Shown piece by piece: positions 35,668 through 47,570 of a stretch of 64,000 bases of DNA. The number at the start of each line of letters is the position of its first letter. Within the stretch, counting starts at the first letter, position 1. The stretch is from the NCBI GenBank assembly GCA_964016885.1, contig OZ024743.1:235166001-235230000 (forward strand), in the 5' to 3' direction. The notes beneath the pieces are model-generated. The model searched no databases. It saw only the letters and a program-made list of their open reading frames with translations, and was not told the DNA's origin. Source of the DNA: Eledone cirrhosa. Taxonomy: Eukaryota. Both the position numbers and the translations under genes were made by a program.

Positions 35668-35972
35668 AGTGCATGGCTTAGTGGTTAGAGTGTTGGGCTT
35701 ACAATTGTGGAGTTGTGAGTTCGATTCCCAGACTAGATGATGTGTCCTTGAACAAGACAGTTTATTTCATGTTGTTCCAGTTTACTCAGCTGTAGAAATA
35801 TGTTGTGATGTCACTGGTGCCTAACTGTATTGGCCTTTACCTTTCACTTTCAATAGTATAAAGAGGGGAGGCTGGTAAGCATGGGTGACTGCTAGTCTTC
35901 CACAAACAACCTGAAGGAGAACTTTCAAGGGTAAATCCCATGGTCATTCATGACTGAAGGGGGTGCTTACCC
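35668..35972 (+). mobile_element. Third tRNA-derived SINE family
   Basis: A box TGGCTTAGTGG, B box GAGTTCGATTCCC, TGTGTCCTTGAACAAGACA, CCAGTTTACTCAGCTG. Confidence 0.75.
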
Positions 35973-36714
35973 AATTTATTTACAGAGGTAATTCAATTGA
36001 TTTTTTTTTCTTTTCATTCCCAACGTTTGTTATGTTCAGTAAATGAAAACATAGCAAACCAATATTGATACGATAAGGTGTCACTATTTCATAAAACCAA
36101 CTAAACACAAATTTCACAAATTTAGTTTCCCACAAACGACTTATTAATACCCTTGATCAAGGTATTTGAACTAACATTGTCAAAAGATGTATATTTTTTA
36201 AAATCTTCTGTTCAATGTGCAAATATTTCCTGAAATAAAAAAAAAAATTGAAAAGAAGGTAATAACTTTGAAATATTATGTTGAAATATACTGGGTAAAA
36301 CATTATTTAGTTTTGTTATATTTGTCATCCTTTGTTCTTTATATATTTCTACCACATTGTACTAGTTTTCTGAAATACTTTTTAGTCGCTGCTGTCATTG
36401 GTTTTTCCAAGCTTGCATGGGTTTCTGTGTCCCTCTATCTATCTATCTATCTTTTCTCGCTCTCTATCTCTTAGTTCCCATTACTACTCTACCTACCAAT
36501 TTCCCATCAAGCCTCTGTCTCATTCTTTTGTTATTTGACTACTGACTTGGTCAGTTCACTCTACTATGCTTTTTCTTGTCTATTAATATTAGTTCCAGGG
36601 TGATTGCTCAAATAAATTTCTATATTCCCCTTACGATTACCTACTCACATTTGTATGTTGCTTTAGATTGTAGCAATATCCTGTCCTATAACAGTATGTA
36701 GATATTAACATATG

Positions 36715-37213
36715 TTTTCCACGCCTGCATGGGTTAACGAGTTGTCCCATTTGAAGCAAGTCAGGTCAGGTGACCTTGTCTTGCTCATACAGAACTGTTT
36801 CTGGCTTGGTTTCTACAGCTGGATGCCCTTACTAAAAACCAATCACATTTACAGTGTGGGTTGGGTGCTTTTTGTCATGAAACCTATATGACCACTTTAC
36901 AGTCTGGGGTGGGGTGGGGTGGTGTAATCGCGTGGCTAAAGGGGTGGGGTGTTAAAGAGGGATGAAGGATAGGGATTAAGCAGTGCATACTAAAGGTATG
37001 TTTCAACCAATGCACATGGAAAGGCAGGTCTTCTGTATTACTGTATAGCGCAAAAGATCTCGATTCTGTGTCATCGCCTTCAGAGGTGCAATTGTGCAAG
37101 GTCAGCTTTTATCACCTCATCCCAGGTCTTCCTACACCACAGCTTCCATTAACTTTGATTGCCCTGCACCTTTTTGTACAGCTGTCATCTTTCATACGCA
37201 ACACATGGCCATA
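36715..37213 (-). mobile_element. Older RTE family-1 3' fragment
   Basis: Diverged match to 28875-29372 (YGHVLRMKDDSC..WDEVIKADL). Confidence 0.8.
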
Positions 37214-38050
37214 GGTCATCTAGGTGTCACGCAAAAAGCGGCCAGCCCACACTGTAAAGTGGTCGTCTAGGTGTCACGACAAAAAGCGCCCAGCCCACAC
37301 TGTCAAGTGGTCGTGTAGTTATCACGACAAAAAGCACCCAGTACACACTGTCAAGTAGTTGTGTAGTTATCACGACAAAAAGCACCCAGTACACACTGTC
37401 AAGTAGTTGTGTAGTTATCACGACAAAAAGCACCCAGTACACAGTCAAGTAGTTGTGTAGTTATCACGACAAAAAGCACCCAGTACACAGTCAAGTAGTT
37501 GTGTAGTTATCACGACAAAAAGCACCCAGTACACAGTCAAGTAGTTGTGTAGTTATCACGACAAAAAGCACCCAGTACACAGTCAAGTAGTTGTGTAGTT
37601 ATCACGACAAAAAGCACCCAGTACACAGTCAAGTAGTTGTGTAGTTATCATGACAAAAAGCACCCAGTACACTGTCAAGTAGTTGTGTAGTTATCACGAC
37701 AAAAAGCACCCAGTACACACTGTCAAGTAGTTGTGTAGTTATCACGACAAAAAGCACCCAGTACACACTGTCAAGTAGTTGTGTAGTTATCACGACAAAA
37801 AGCACCCAGTACACACTGTCAAGTAGTTGTGTAGTTATCACGACAAAAAGCACCCAGTACACACTGTCAAGTAGTTGTGTAGTTACCACGACAAAAAGCA
37901 CCCAGTACACACTGTAAAGTGGTTGTCTAGGTGTCACAACAAAAAGCACCCAGTACACACTGTCAAGTAGTTGTGTAGTTATCACGACAAAAAGCACCCA
38001 GTACACACTGTCAAGTAGTTGTGTAGTTATCACGACAAAAAGCACCCAGT
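37214..38050 (+). repeat. 46/48-bp minisatellite, about 17 copies
   Basis: Unit CACGACAAAAAGCACCCAGTACACACTGTCAAGTAGTTGTGTAGTTAT; no spacers. Confidence 0.95.
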
Positions 38051-39452
38051 CATCATCATCATCACCGTTTTACGTCCGTTCTTCCACGCTAGCATGGGTT
38101 AGACGGGTTGTCCTGTTGTGGGCAGTGTCTGGTCGGCTGACCATGCCTTGCTCATACAGGAACTGATTTGGTTTGATTTTTACAGCTGGATACCCTTCCT
38201 AACACCAACCTCATTTACAGTGAGTGCTGGATGCTTTTTCGTGGCGGCTACACGTCTACTTTACAGTGTGGGCTGGGTGCTTTTTTGCTGTGGCACCTCC
38301 ACGACCACCTTGCGGTGGGGGGGCATATTGTCTATATGCTTCAGCTTGTACCCATGGGAGCTCGGGTACTCTGTATTACTGCGTGATGCCAGAGGTCACG
38401 GTCGTGTGTCATCGCCTTTGAGAGGTGTAATTGGGTAAGGTCGGCTTTTATCACCTCATCCCAGGTCATCTTGGGTCTCCCGACTCCGCGGTTTCCATCG
38501 ACTTCTAGTGTTCTGCACCTTTTTATGCAACTGTCATCCTTCATACGCATCACATGTCCATACCAGCGCAACCGCCTCTCCTGCACACAGCATTTGATTC
38601 CTCTTATGCTCAGTCTCTCTCTCAATTCATTTATGCTTTGTCGTTCGCGTATATTACTGTTACACATCCATTGGAGCATGCAGGCTTCGTTTCTCTCTAA
38701 TCTACGTAAGTCTTCCACCTTCAGCGCCCAGGTCTCACTACCATGCAACATCGCTGTTCGGATACACGCACCATACAGTCTGCCTTTCATTTTGAGGGAG
38801 AAGCCTTTTGCAGCTAGCAGTGGTAGTAGTTCCCTAAACTTCTTCCATCCCGTTCTTACCCTAGTTATTGTACTTTCTGAACACCCACCTCCGCTGCTAA
38901 TTCGGTCACCTAGGTAGCAGAAGCTGTCTACTGTTTCTACAGAGCCCTCCCAGAGATTGGTGGTACTTGTTTCCTGTGGCTGTTTGCTGCTTGCTGCATG
39001 TGAAGCCTACATTCTTAATTAAGCTTCCTGAGATCCCGCTACATCTCTTGTGTACCCATTGTTTGCATTTGGGGCAGAGAATGGAGTTCCTACCTACACC
39101 TTTCCTACATACTGAGCAAGGCCATTCCCTGAGGGGATCTGGGTTCTGTTTTCTTGTCTACTTACAAGGACCTTAGTCTTTGTCATGTTGACTTTGAGAC
39201 CCTTTCTTTCTAGTCCCTGCTTCCAAGTTTGGAATTTCTTCTCTATTCTACCATAGATTCAGCTATAAGTGCGAGGTCATCAGCATACAGGAGTTCCCAT
39301 GGGCATCCGGTCTTAAACTCCTCCGTTATTGCCTGCAGGACTATGATGAACAGGAGGGGGCTAAGAACAGAGCCCTGGTGGACCCCAACCTGTACGCTAA
39401 ATTCCTCGCTAATCCTAACTTTGCTGACTGCTCCCCTATACATGGCTTGTAA
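38051..39452 (-). mobile_element. RTE family-1 LINE, second young copy, 5'-truncated, frameshifted
   Basis: GVHQGSVLSPLLF, YADDL; highly similar to 28861-30179. Confidence 0.9.
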
Positions 39453-39458
39453 ATGTAT

Positions 39459-39632
39459 AGTACACACTGTAAATGTGGTTGGCGTTAGGAAGGACATCCA
39501 GTCGTAGAAGCCAAGCAAAAATCAGTCCTGTATGAGTAAGATATGGTCATGTGATCTGGCCTGTCTCACAACGGGACAACTCGTCTAACCCATGCTAGCG
39601 TGGAAAGATTGACGTTAAACAGTGATGATGAA
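39459..39632 (+). mobile_element. Remainder of the RTE-type 3' UTR that carries the minisatellite
   Basis: AGTACACACTGTAAA continues the repeat unit interrupted at 38050 and ends in (TGA)n. Confidence 0.7.
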
Positions 39633-40426
39633 GTATACGAAAAATAGGTAGTAGTGTCAAGAGTCAAAATAAAATGCACCCAGTACATGATGTACAGTAG
39701 TTGGCGTTACAAAGGGCATCCAGCCAGAGAAGCCAAGCTCCAAACAGCATATGAGCAAGACGCGACACCTGACTTGTCTAGCGTCATAATGTAACAAGAC
39801 TTCTAACCGATGCAAGCATGGAAAATAGACGGTAATGATTATAAACGTTCATACTGGACGTAGAGAAGGTTTTAACAGTTTTTTTTATGTTTAGCCAAGA
39901 AGGGAGAACAGTGCCAATGATTCCTTTCAAAACCTCCAAAAACTGGGAGGGAAAGAGGAAAGTATCCTAAAATCAGAGACCAGGCGAAATGTTTGCAGCC
40001 TCTCCCACACAACATTATGCATCTCTTCACGCAAAGACGTATACTCTTACAGCAACTACTTGTATTGAATTCATTAAATTAAATCTTTCTTACCTCTATA
40101 TATAGCTCTCTTCAGTATATTTCGTTTCTGCTTAAACAGACCACACAGTTGGAGCCTCTACACAGTTGCTCAAGCTGCTAAAATAGTTCTAGATATGCTA
40201 GTCTTGGACTGAACAGCAATACCTTCTATAGCCTCCTTAAATTAACTAATGCTAGTTTGTATACGATGTTTACACTAACAGTCAGTCAAGCGTGAAAGTC
40301 GTTAAAGCAGTTTCGACTAAACCAATCGATAAATAATATCCCGACAGACAGAATTAAGTGATAACAAACTAATGACATGTCAGTTTTCATTCATAAAAAT
40401 TTGTTCACAATAGCAACATTTACGTG

Positions 40427-40650
40427 CAGGGTTGGATTTAATGGGGGACAAAGGGGTCAATTGCCCCGAGTCCCACCAGCGACGGCCATAGCAATTTACT
40501 TGTGCCCTCAGCTGGGCTTTTTAGTTTTAAGATGGTTAGAATTTTTGAATTTAGTACCTGTATGTATAACTTTTCAATTCCAATTACTTGTGCCAAGCTA
40601 ACTTTGATATGTAAAATGAGGTGGGGCTGTGTATTCTAATTTTTTGTGAA
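40427..40650 (-). mobile_element. Partial copy of the 3115-3836 MITE
   Basis: CAGGGTTGGATTTAATGGGG terminus; TGTATAACTTTTCAATTCCAATTACTTG..AAGCTAACTTTGATATGT is the reverse complement of 3224-3275. Confidence 0.75.
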
Positions 40651-41769
40651 ATTTTACGATGAAAGAAAGTTAGTTGTTTACCTTTTCACAGTCAGGAAGC
40701 GAGAGGCTGATTCTTCAAATCAACACAGGAACTTTTCCCTCAGGGCGCGTAGAGATACATTCTCTTCTACTGGCGCTGATTGGCTGAGCTGAGTCAAATC
40801 ACGCACAGAGAATGTATGTGAGCCCGCAGAATGTAGGTCACTACACGTATATATCTATGTATGTAAGGAGTCGTAGGGAGGCGGTAGTGACATTCTAAAA
40901 CAGCCGGCAGATCCTTTTATCTCAACTGGTCTGAACACAGCCGATTTCTTCCAGAGAAAGAAAAAGAAAGTGATAGGGAAGGAGTGACAATGGCTCGAGA
41001 GGTACTTTTTTTAAACAACTTCGAAAGGATGAAAGGTAAAATTGACCATGGTGAGTTTTGAACTTGGAGCACGGAGAACTGGAATAAATACCGAATAGTA
41101 TTCTATCTGGCACTCCAACAACTGCCAATTCGCTGCCTACTATAAACAGAAAAGTATTGCATATGTAAACATTAACAGTCTAAAGCTATCTTACCTCAAC
41201 ACACCGCTTTTTAAACACCCTATACAGTTTAACACAAAACCTTCTATTTACTACTTAAAAATTTGCTTACCTACTGACAAATACCTATGTATATACATAT
41301 ATAATTATACCTACCTATAACTTTGAAAATCAATCTCGGCAAAAGTGTCATGTACTGCGAGGAAGTCCAGACCAAACTAACAAGCACTCCTATTCATTAA
41401 CATGTATTCACACCTCTTTTTCACAATGAGAAGGGTGTGGGATGAACATAGTATGAATATTGCTAGACTCAATTCAATTTCTCACAACTATTACCATTTA
41501 AGGTGAATCATCTGCACGTTTCTTTTAAATGTTGAAGTTTTTGCTAGATTGTGTTATTTTAAACGTATTTTTATTTTAAAATACGTTTAAATAAAATTAA
41601 ATAGGTGTGCACCTGCCACCGCACACCACACCGGGATCAATTCCCTCCTCGGAGTTTTCTCTACCATTTGTCTTTTCACATGTTCAAACCTCTCGGAAAC
41701 ACTAGCTTTGTAGAAAAAGACCATCGGAGTTAAGTGGGAAATCATTTTTTTTTCTTGTTTTTTTCATGA

Positions 41770-41895
41770 GCTGTTAACTAATCTGACTTTCAAGATGCTC
41801 GCAATCGACCTTTTCTCCTGATTAGAGTTAGGGTTTCCGTTTTCCGGGGAAAAAAGTCGATTGTGAGCATTTTGGAAGTCAAATTAGTTAATAGC
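41770..41895. repeat. Hairpin element with about 50-bp arms (copy at 43812-43941)
   Basis: GCTGTTAACTAATCTGACTTTCAAGATGCTCGCAATCGACC / GTCGATTGTGAGCATTTTGGAAGTCAAATTAGTTAATAGC; loop contains GTTAGGGTT. Confidence 0.8.
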
Positions 41896-42009
41896 ACGGG
41901 GGAAGTTCCTTTGAAAGATATAGAAAAACCATTATTTTCATATCTTCCAATATTTTATATCTTCAAACATTTTTAATATATGTATCCAAATATTTATATA
42001 TATGTGGAA

Positions 42010-42265
42010 TAACATATGGTTTTTATATATAGGTTTTTTATATATATGTGGAATAACCTATGGTTTATGTTTTAACTATATTCTTAAGATAAATTTTTCT
42101 AACTTTATAACAAGTATGACTTCTTATAAAATAACCTATGGTTTATGTTTTAATTATATTCTTAAGATAAATGTATGACTTCTTATAAAATAACATATGG
42201 TTTATGTTTTAATTATATTCTTAAGATAAAATTTGTTTACTTTATAACATCTATGACTTCTCATA
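42010..42265. repeat. AT-rich tandem repeats
   Basis: AATAACMTATGGTTTATGTTTTAAYTATATTCTTAAGATAAA three times. Confidence 0.85.
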
Positions 42266-44138
42266 AAAAATTTAAAATTTTTTTTAGAAAAGTTTTTTTA
42301 TGTATCTTTTGAGTTCTTAAAAAATCACTTCTAACTTCCTTTATATTTCCTTACTGTTTTTATAATATAATTAAGTAGTTATTCCTTTGTAAACTCTCGT
42401 AAATTTTCATAAATTTAGAATTATTTGGATGTTTAAGTTTTGACTTACAACTATTAATAAATATAATTTTGCCAAACTTACTTTAATAAAATAAACTATA
42501 CTAGATTTTCTCTAATGTAAAATACTATATATTTATTTAAATGATTTATAATCCATAACATACTCATCTAAACCAATGTATTATTACTAATACATCTTAA
42601 TATAATATAAATACTTCTGTTTTAATATTAATTTTTAATATTGATATTAAATTAAATCTTTAATATTAAGGCACATTTTAATCTTTAATTTTGATTTTTA
42701 ATTTTTAATTTTTAATTTTTAATTTTTAATTTTTAATTTTAATCTAATTTTTCAACCTATCATTATAAATATTATAATCACAACGTAATGAACCCTACTT
42801 CTAAATATTATTCTTCCACGTTAATCTTATTTCTTCTTTCACTTCGATATATTTACGCTATGTATGTATGAAAACAGTAAACCCCTCGAGGAAACTAGTG
42901 GTGGACTGTGTCAAAAGGTAAAAACCGAAGTGTGTACAGAAAGGCGAATAAATCATTTTGCAAAAGAAGTCACTGAATGACATGGTAAAAGGTGGTCTCA
43001 TAAAATTGAACAATTTATGAATTCGAGTGGCGCGGTGAAACTGTGGTAGTTTAAAAAATGAAACATTTTTAATATCGCCAAACACTAATTGCTTTAGTTT
43101 ATTTCTTCGCCTAACACACCATCAACAAAATACAGTAAAATCTAAATCGACCAATACATCAGTGATAACCAGTTGTACATATATGTAGACACGTATATAT
43201 CTATGTATGTAAGGAGTCGTAGGGAGGCGGTAGTGACATTCTAAAACAGCCGGCAGATCCTTTTATCTCAACTGGTCTGAACACAGCCGATTTCTTCCAG
43301 AGAAAGAAAAAGAAAGTGATAGGGAAGGAGTGACAATGGCTCGAGAGGTACTTTTTTTTAAACAACTTCGAAAGGATGAAAGGTAAAATTGACCATGGTG
43401 AGTTTTGAACTTGGAGCACAGAGAACTGGAATAAATACCGAATAGTATTCTATCTGGCACTCCAACAACTGCCAATTCGCTGCCTACTATAAACAGAAAA
43501 GTATTGCATATGTAAACATTAACAGTCCAAAGCTATCTTACCTCAACACACCGCTTTTTAAACACCCCATACAGTTTAACACAAAACCTTCTATTTGCTT
43601 ACCTACTGACAAATACCTATGTATATACATATATAATTATACCTACCTATAACTTCGAAAATCAATCTCGGCAAAAGTGTCATGTACTGCGAGGAAGTCC
43701 AGACCAAACTAACCAGCACTCCTATTCATTTCACATGTTCAAACCTCTCGGAAACACTAGCTTTGTAGAAAAAAACCATCGGAGTTTAGTGGGAAATCAT
43801 TTTTTTTTCATGTGCTGTTAACTAATCTGACTTTCAAGATGCTCGCAATCGACCTTTTCTCCTGATTAGAGTTAGGGTTTCCGTTTTCCGAGGAAGAAAG
43901 TTGATTGTGAACATCTTGGAAGTCAAATTAGTTAATAGCACGGAGGGAGGGGGCATCCCCACCCCACCCTCTTCGATTTCTTAGGGAAAAAAGTCGATTG
44001 TGAGCATCTAGGGGATTAGATTAGTTGGTAAGAAAGGACATCCAGCCATAGAAATCTTGCCAAACAAAGAGTCAGGAAAACTCCCTAGTATTGTATCACT
44101 AGATATCCACGTACATCTCCTGTCATTAAGGAAACCAC

Positions 44139-44226
44139 GAGTCTGATGAGCTATTGATTCCAGAGTTTGGCCCAGTCGATATGGATTGTACCTTGAGCTG
44201 ATCAATCATGAAACACGTGTCACACC
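44139..44226 (+). ncRNA. Type I hammerhead with long stem II and palindromic ACGU loop III (probably decayed); cleavage site GUC 44221
   Basis: CUGAUGA 44143-44149; AUUGAU/AUCAAU in stem II; GAAAC-ACGU-GUC 44210-44221; stem I GAGU/ACAC with one mismatch; AATAAA then (TA)n downstream. Confidence 0.65.
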
Positions 44227-44286
44227 TGAATAAATTTAATGATATTTTGACACCTCGTTACAACTCATTAGAATTATATATATATA

Positions 44287-44386
44287 CAGGGTACCCCTCA
44301 AAAATGTATACTCACTTTGATTACCTGTACAGGCAATATTTATTAGAATGCTGTTGAAGTGTGTATAAAATTTTTAGGACACCCTG
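44287..44386. mobile_element. Tc1-type mini-MITE
   Basis: TA-CAGGGTACCC..GGACACCCTG-TA, about 30-bp imperfect TIRs. Confidence 0.7.
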
Positions 44387-47188
44387 TATATATATGTCTA
44401 TGTCTGGATGACCATGTGACAAACTCACTGGTGCTGGTGCCTTGATAAAATGCACCTAGTATACTCTACAAAATAGTAGTGGCGATGCCATGAAAAATCG
44501 CACCCAATACATCTTGTTAGGTAGTTGACATTAAGGACATTCAACCATAGAAATCTTAGCAAATATGGAATGTATGAGCTGGATAGGTTGCTGGAAAATG
44601 TCTGATCTCAGACCGTGACAAACCATCCAACCCTTGCCAACATGGAAAGCAGGTGTAGAATGATGATGATGATGATGATGTATATATATATATACTCGAA
44701 AATAAGTTGACTCCACTATATTATGTCTGAGAAATGGACAAAAATGAAAACCTTTTTTATGTAGAATATAACCAAATATCCAAAATATTGACCCCAATTA
44801 TAAGCTGACCTCCCATTTCTACCATTGATTTTTGGTCACATATTCCTCGGCTTATATTCAAGTATATACAGTATATATATTGCTGTTAAAGATAAAGAAA
44901 ACCAATATATTGAGGTGAAATAACATTTATTTATGTTTTGTTTGTATAGATATTTCCTGTGTAGGCCAATACAATAAACTATCTCCTCCTCTATAATTAC
45001 TGTTTATCATCTTTGTTTTGTGGGTTGTTGGCTCCATTATGTGTATATATGCATGCAGTCCACATTCAATAGTGGTCGTGTTGGTAACATGACAAAAAGT
45101 GTTCAGTTCACCCTGTAAAGGGGTCGTTTCAGTTCCATGATAAAAAGCATCCAGTCCACACTGTAACATAGTTGGCATTAGGAAGGGAATTCAACCATAG
45201 GAAACCAAGCAAAAATACAGATCCGTTTGAGCAAGACATGGTCTCTGGACCAGACTTGTCTCATAACGTGACAACCCGTCTAACCCATGCAAGCATGGAA
45301 AATGGATGTTAAAAGATATATATATGGATCCGTAACTCCTGGTGGAATCATAAGGGTGCCATATGTTGTTTCTTGAGCATTTAAAACCTGGTGAAGTTCA
45401 TCCCTCTCCATGTTTGCATTAACAGTTTTATTCTGTCATACATCAGTCTCAGCACTCGTTTCATCATTCATACACATAGGCATTACACAGCCACTGGAGA
45501 TACTCGCCTTATTCCTTTCCAGTGCTTTGCATTCAAAGCTCATATCTCTAGCATATAGTATTTCACATCACAGAGAAGAATCATACAAACAGCTCTTCAT
45601 TTGAAGAGAAAAACCTTTTGTTACAAACAGGTAATAGTTTAAAGAACTTTCTCTATCTATTCCTATTGCTGATATGGTCACCTAGGTAACAGAAAATGGT
45701 AACTAATTCAATATTGCCTTCTTCATCACTGTCTGCCGGAGATCCCATTGCAGGCATAATTTACATTGGGTCTACACATTTGGTGATTTTCACTCAATAT
45801 TTATAAATAGTTACAAAAGTAAACATGTTGACAACAGTTGAAAGTTTGTATACACTCACTGTCCATAGTTAAGATTCTAAAGTCTTCTTATTGGCTGAAA
45901 TCATTTTACTGGTTGTAATTATAACTTACTCCTCTAATTAGTATAAATTGCCTATTCCACACTGTAAAGTGGTTGTGTTGGTGACATGATAAAAGGCACC
46001 CAGCCCAGCCCACACTGTAAAGTGGTTGTTTTGGTGCTATGATAAAAGGCACCTAGCCCACACTGTAAATGTGGTTGGTGTTAGGGAGGGCATCAAGCTG
46101 TAGAAATCAAGCCAGAAACAGTTCTGTATGAGCAAGACACAGTCATCTGACCTGACTTGACTCACAACAGGGCAATGCATCTAACCCATGCTAGTGGACA
46201 TAAAACAGTGATGATGATGATGATGATGATGATGATGACGACTAAACTTCGTAACACAGTATGACATCCCATGTGACATGAAGTATCATTTGATAAAAAC
46301 TATTTCTAAAACACTAATGATTATAAATGGAAGTTGTCATTTTTAACTATTTTTCTAAAACAGAAAATGGTAAATTTCTGTAAATTATTTTTCTGAGATT
46401 CTTAAACATGAATATTTATTCCTTCATATTTATTTATTCTTACTAAGGATAGATATACACCTTTTCTTAAGAAGGAGTCAAACCTAACATGCAAAATTTC
46501 ATTTACTGTATAATTACAAAAAAGTCAATAATAAACATGCAGTGCTGAGATGAAATCACCATAAAGGCATAGCCCATGATAGAAGTATTTTTATCATGAT
46601 ATTTCTCCAATAAGCTAAAATGCACTCAATATGCAAATACCACAAACAACTGTTTGGCAATTTTCCAAGAATCTAGTATTATTCTAGAAGAAAATTTTAC
46701 CCATTACCTTAGGTTTTCTTCTCATTTCTACTTCTTATCATGTCTGAGAAAGGAAACAGATTCCATGCTGAAGCAGATTTATGTTGTTCAATTCTCAAAA
46801 CAAAACATTTGAAAGCTGGCATATATGTGAATAAGACCATTATTATTCCAATCAACCTACACCCTAAATGGAATGCAAACCTATACTCATAACTCCTGCG
46901 AAACCAAACAGAATTCATCCTCCAAATTCGGCAAATCAAATGTGGATGGCTCATCTTCCCAAACTGAACGCATGAAACCAAACCGCAATAGCCACCAAAT
47001 GGGGATGATAGACATTATCAAGCTGCAGCTGTCATATTACAATCCTAGTTATTTAATTTAACCATCAGTTCTATATATTTCTGCTTATAAATGGGTTTTC
47101 TGTAGATGTTCTAAGCCAACGTTATTGTTTTCCCCAAAATAAAGAATAATGTGTAAAATTTTAACTTCGAACTCTCATCACTGAAAGA

Positions 47189-47570
47189 ATGCTTCCAAAA
47201 GTGGGAAACTGTTACAAATATGGTATTTGTGGGAAAATACTAGAAATGTAACTTATCTTTTCATATGTGCAATCATACAGAAAAGCTATACCACAGTGAA
47301 ATATGTGGGAAGATACACTTTCTCAAATTGGTAATTTAACAAGGCATAAACGTACTCACACTAGGAAAAAACAATAAAAGTATGATGAATGTTGGAAAGC
47401 CTTTTCTATTTTAAGTCTTTCAAAAAGAGAAGCCATACCACTATGAAATATGTGGAAAACCTTTTTCCAAAATGGTCCTTTAACGGAACACAAACGTACT
47501 CGCACTGGAAGGAAACCATATCACTGAGAAATACGTGGGAAATAATCTTCTATTAGTGGTACTCTAATAA
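47189..47570 (+). pseudogene. Heavily decayed C2H2-ZNF; probable continuation at 48340-48435 after a LINE fragment
   Basis: GNLTRHKRTHT, EKPYHYEICGKPF, TEHKRTRTGRKPYH* with stops and frameshifts. Confidence 0.75.

Larger units (their letters stand above)
40843..43943 (+). repeat. Local direct duplication: 40843-41899 and 43189-43943, flanking an AT-rich island
   Basis: Near-identical sequence apart from about 16-bp and 277-bp segments present only in the first copy. Confidence 0.9.

Noticed and set aside
35668-35735. tRNA gene
   Set aside because: A/B boxes without a cloverleaf acceptor stem, continuing into a SINE body
37214-38050. CRISPR-like array or repeat protein (VYWVLFVVITTQLLDS)n
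   Set aside because: Units abut with no unique spacers, there are no cas genes and the context is eukaryotic; the frame breaks at 46-bp units
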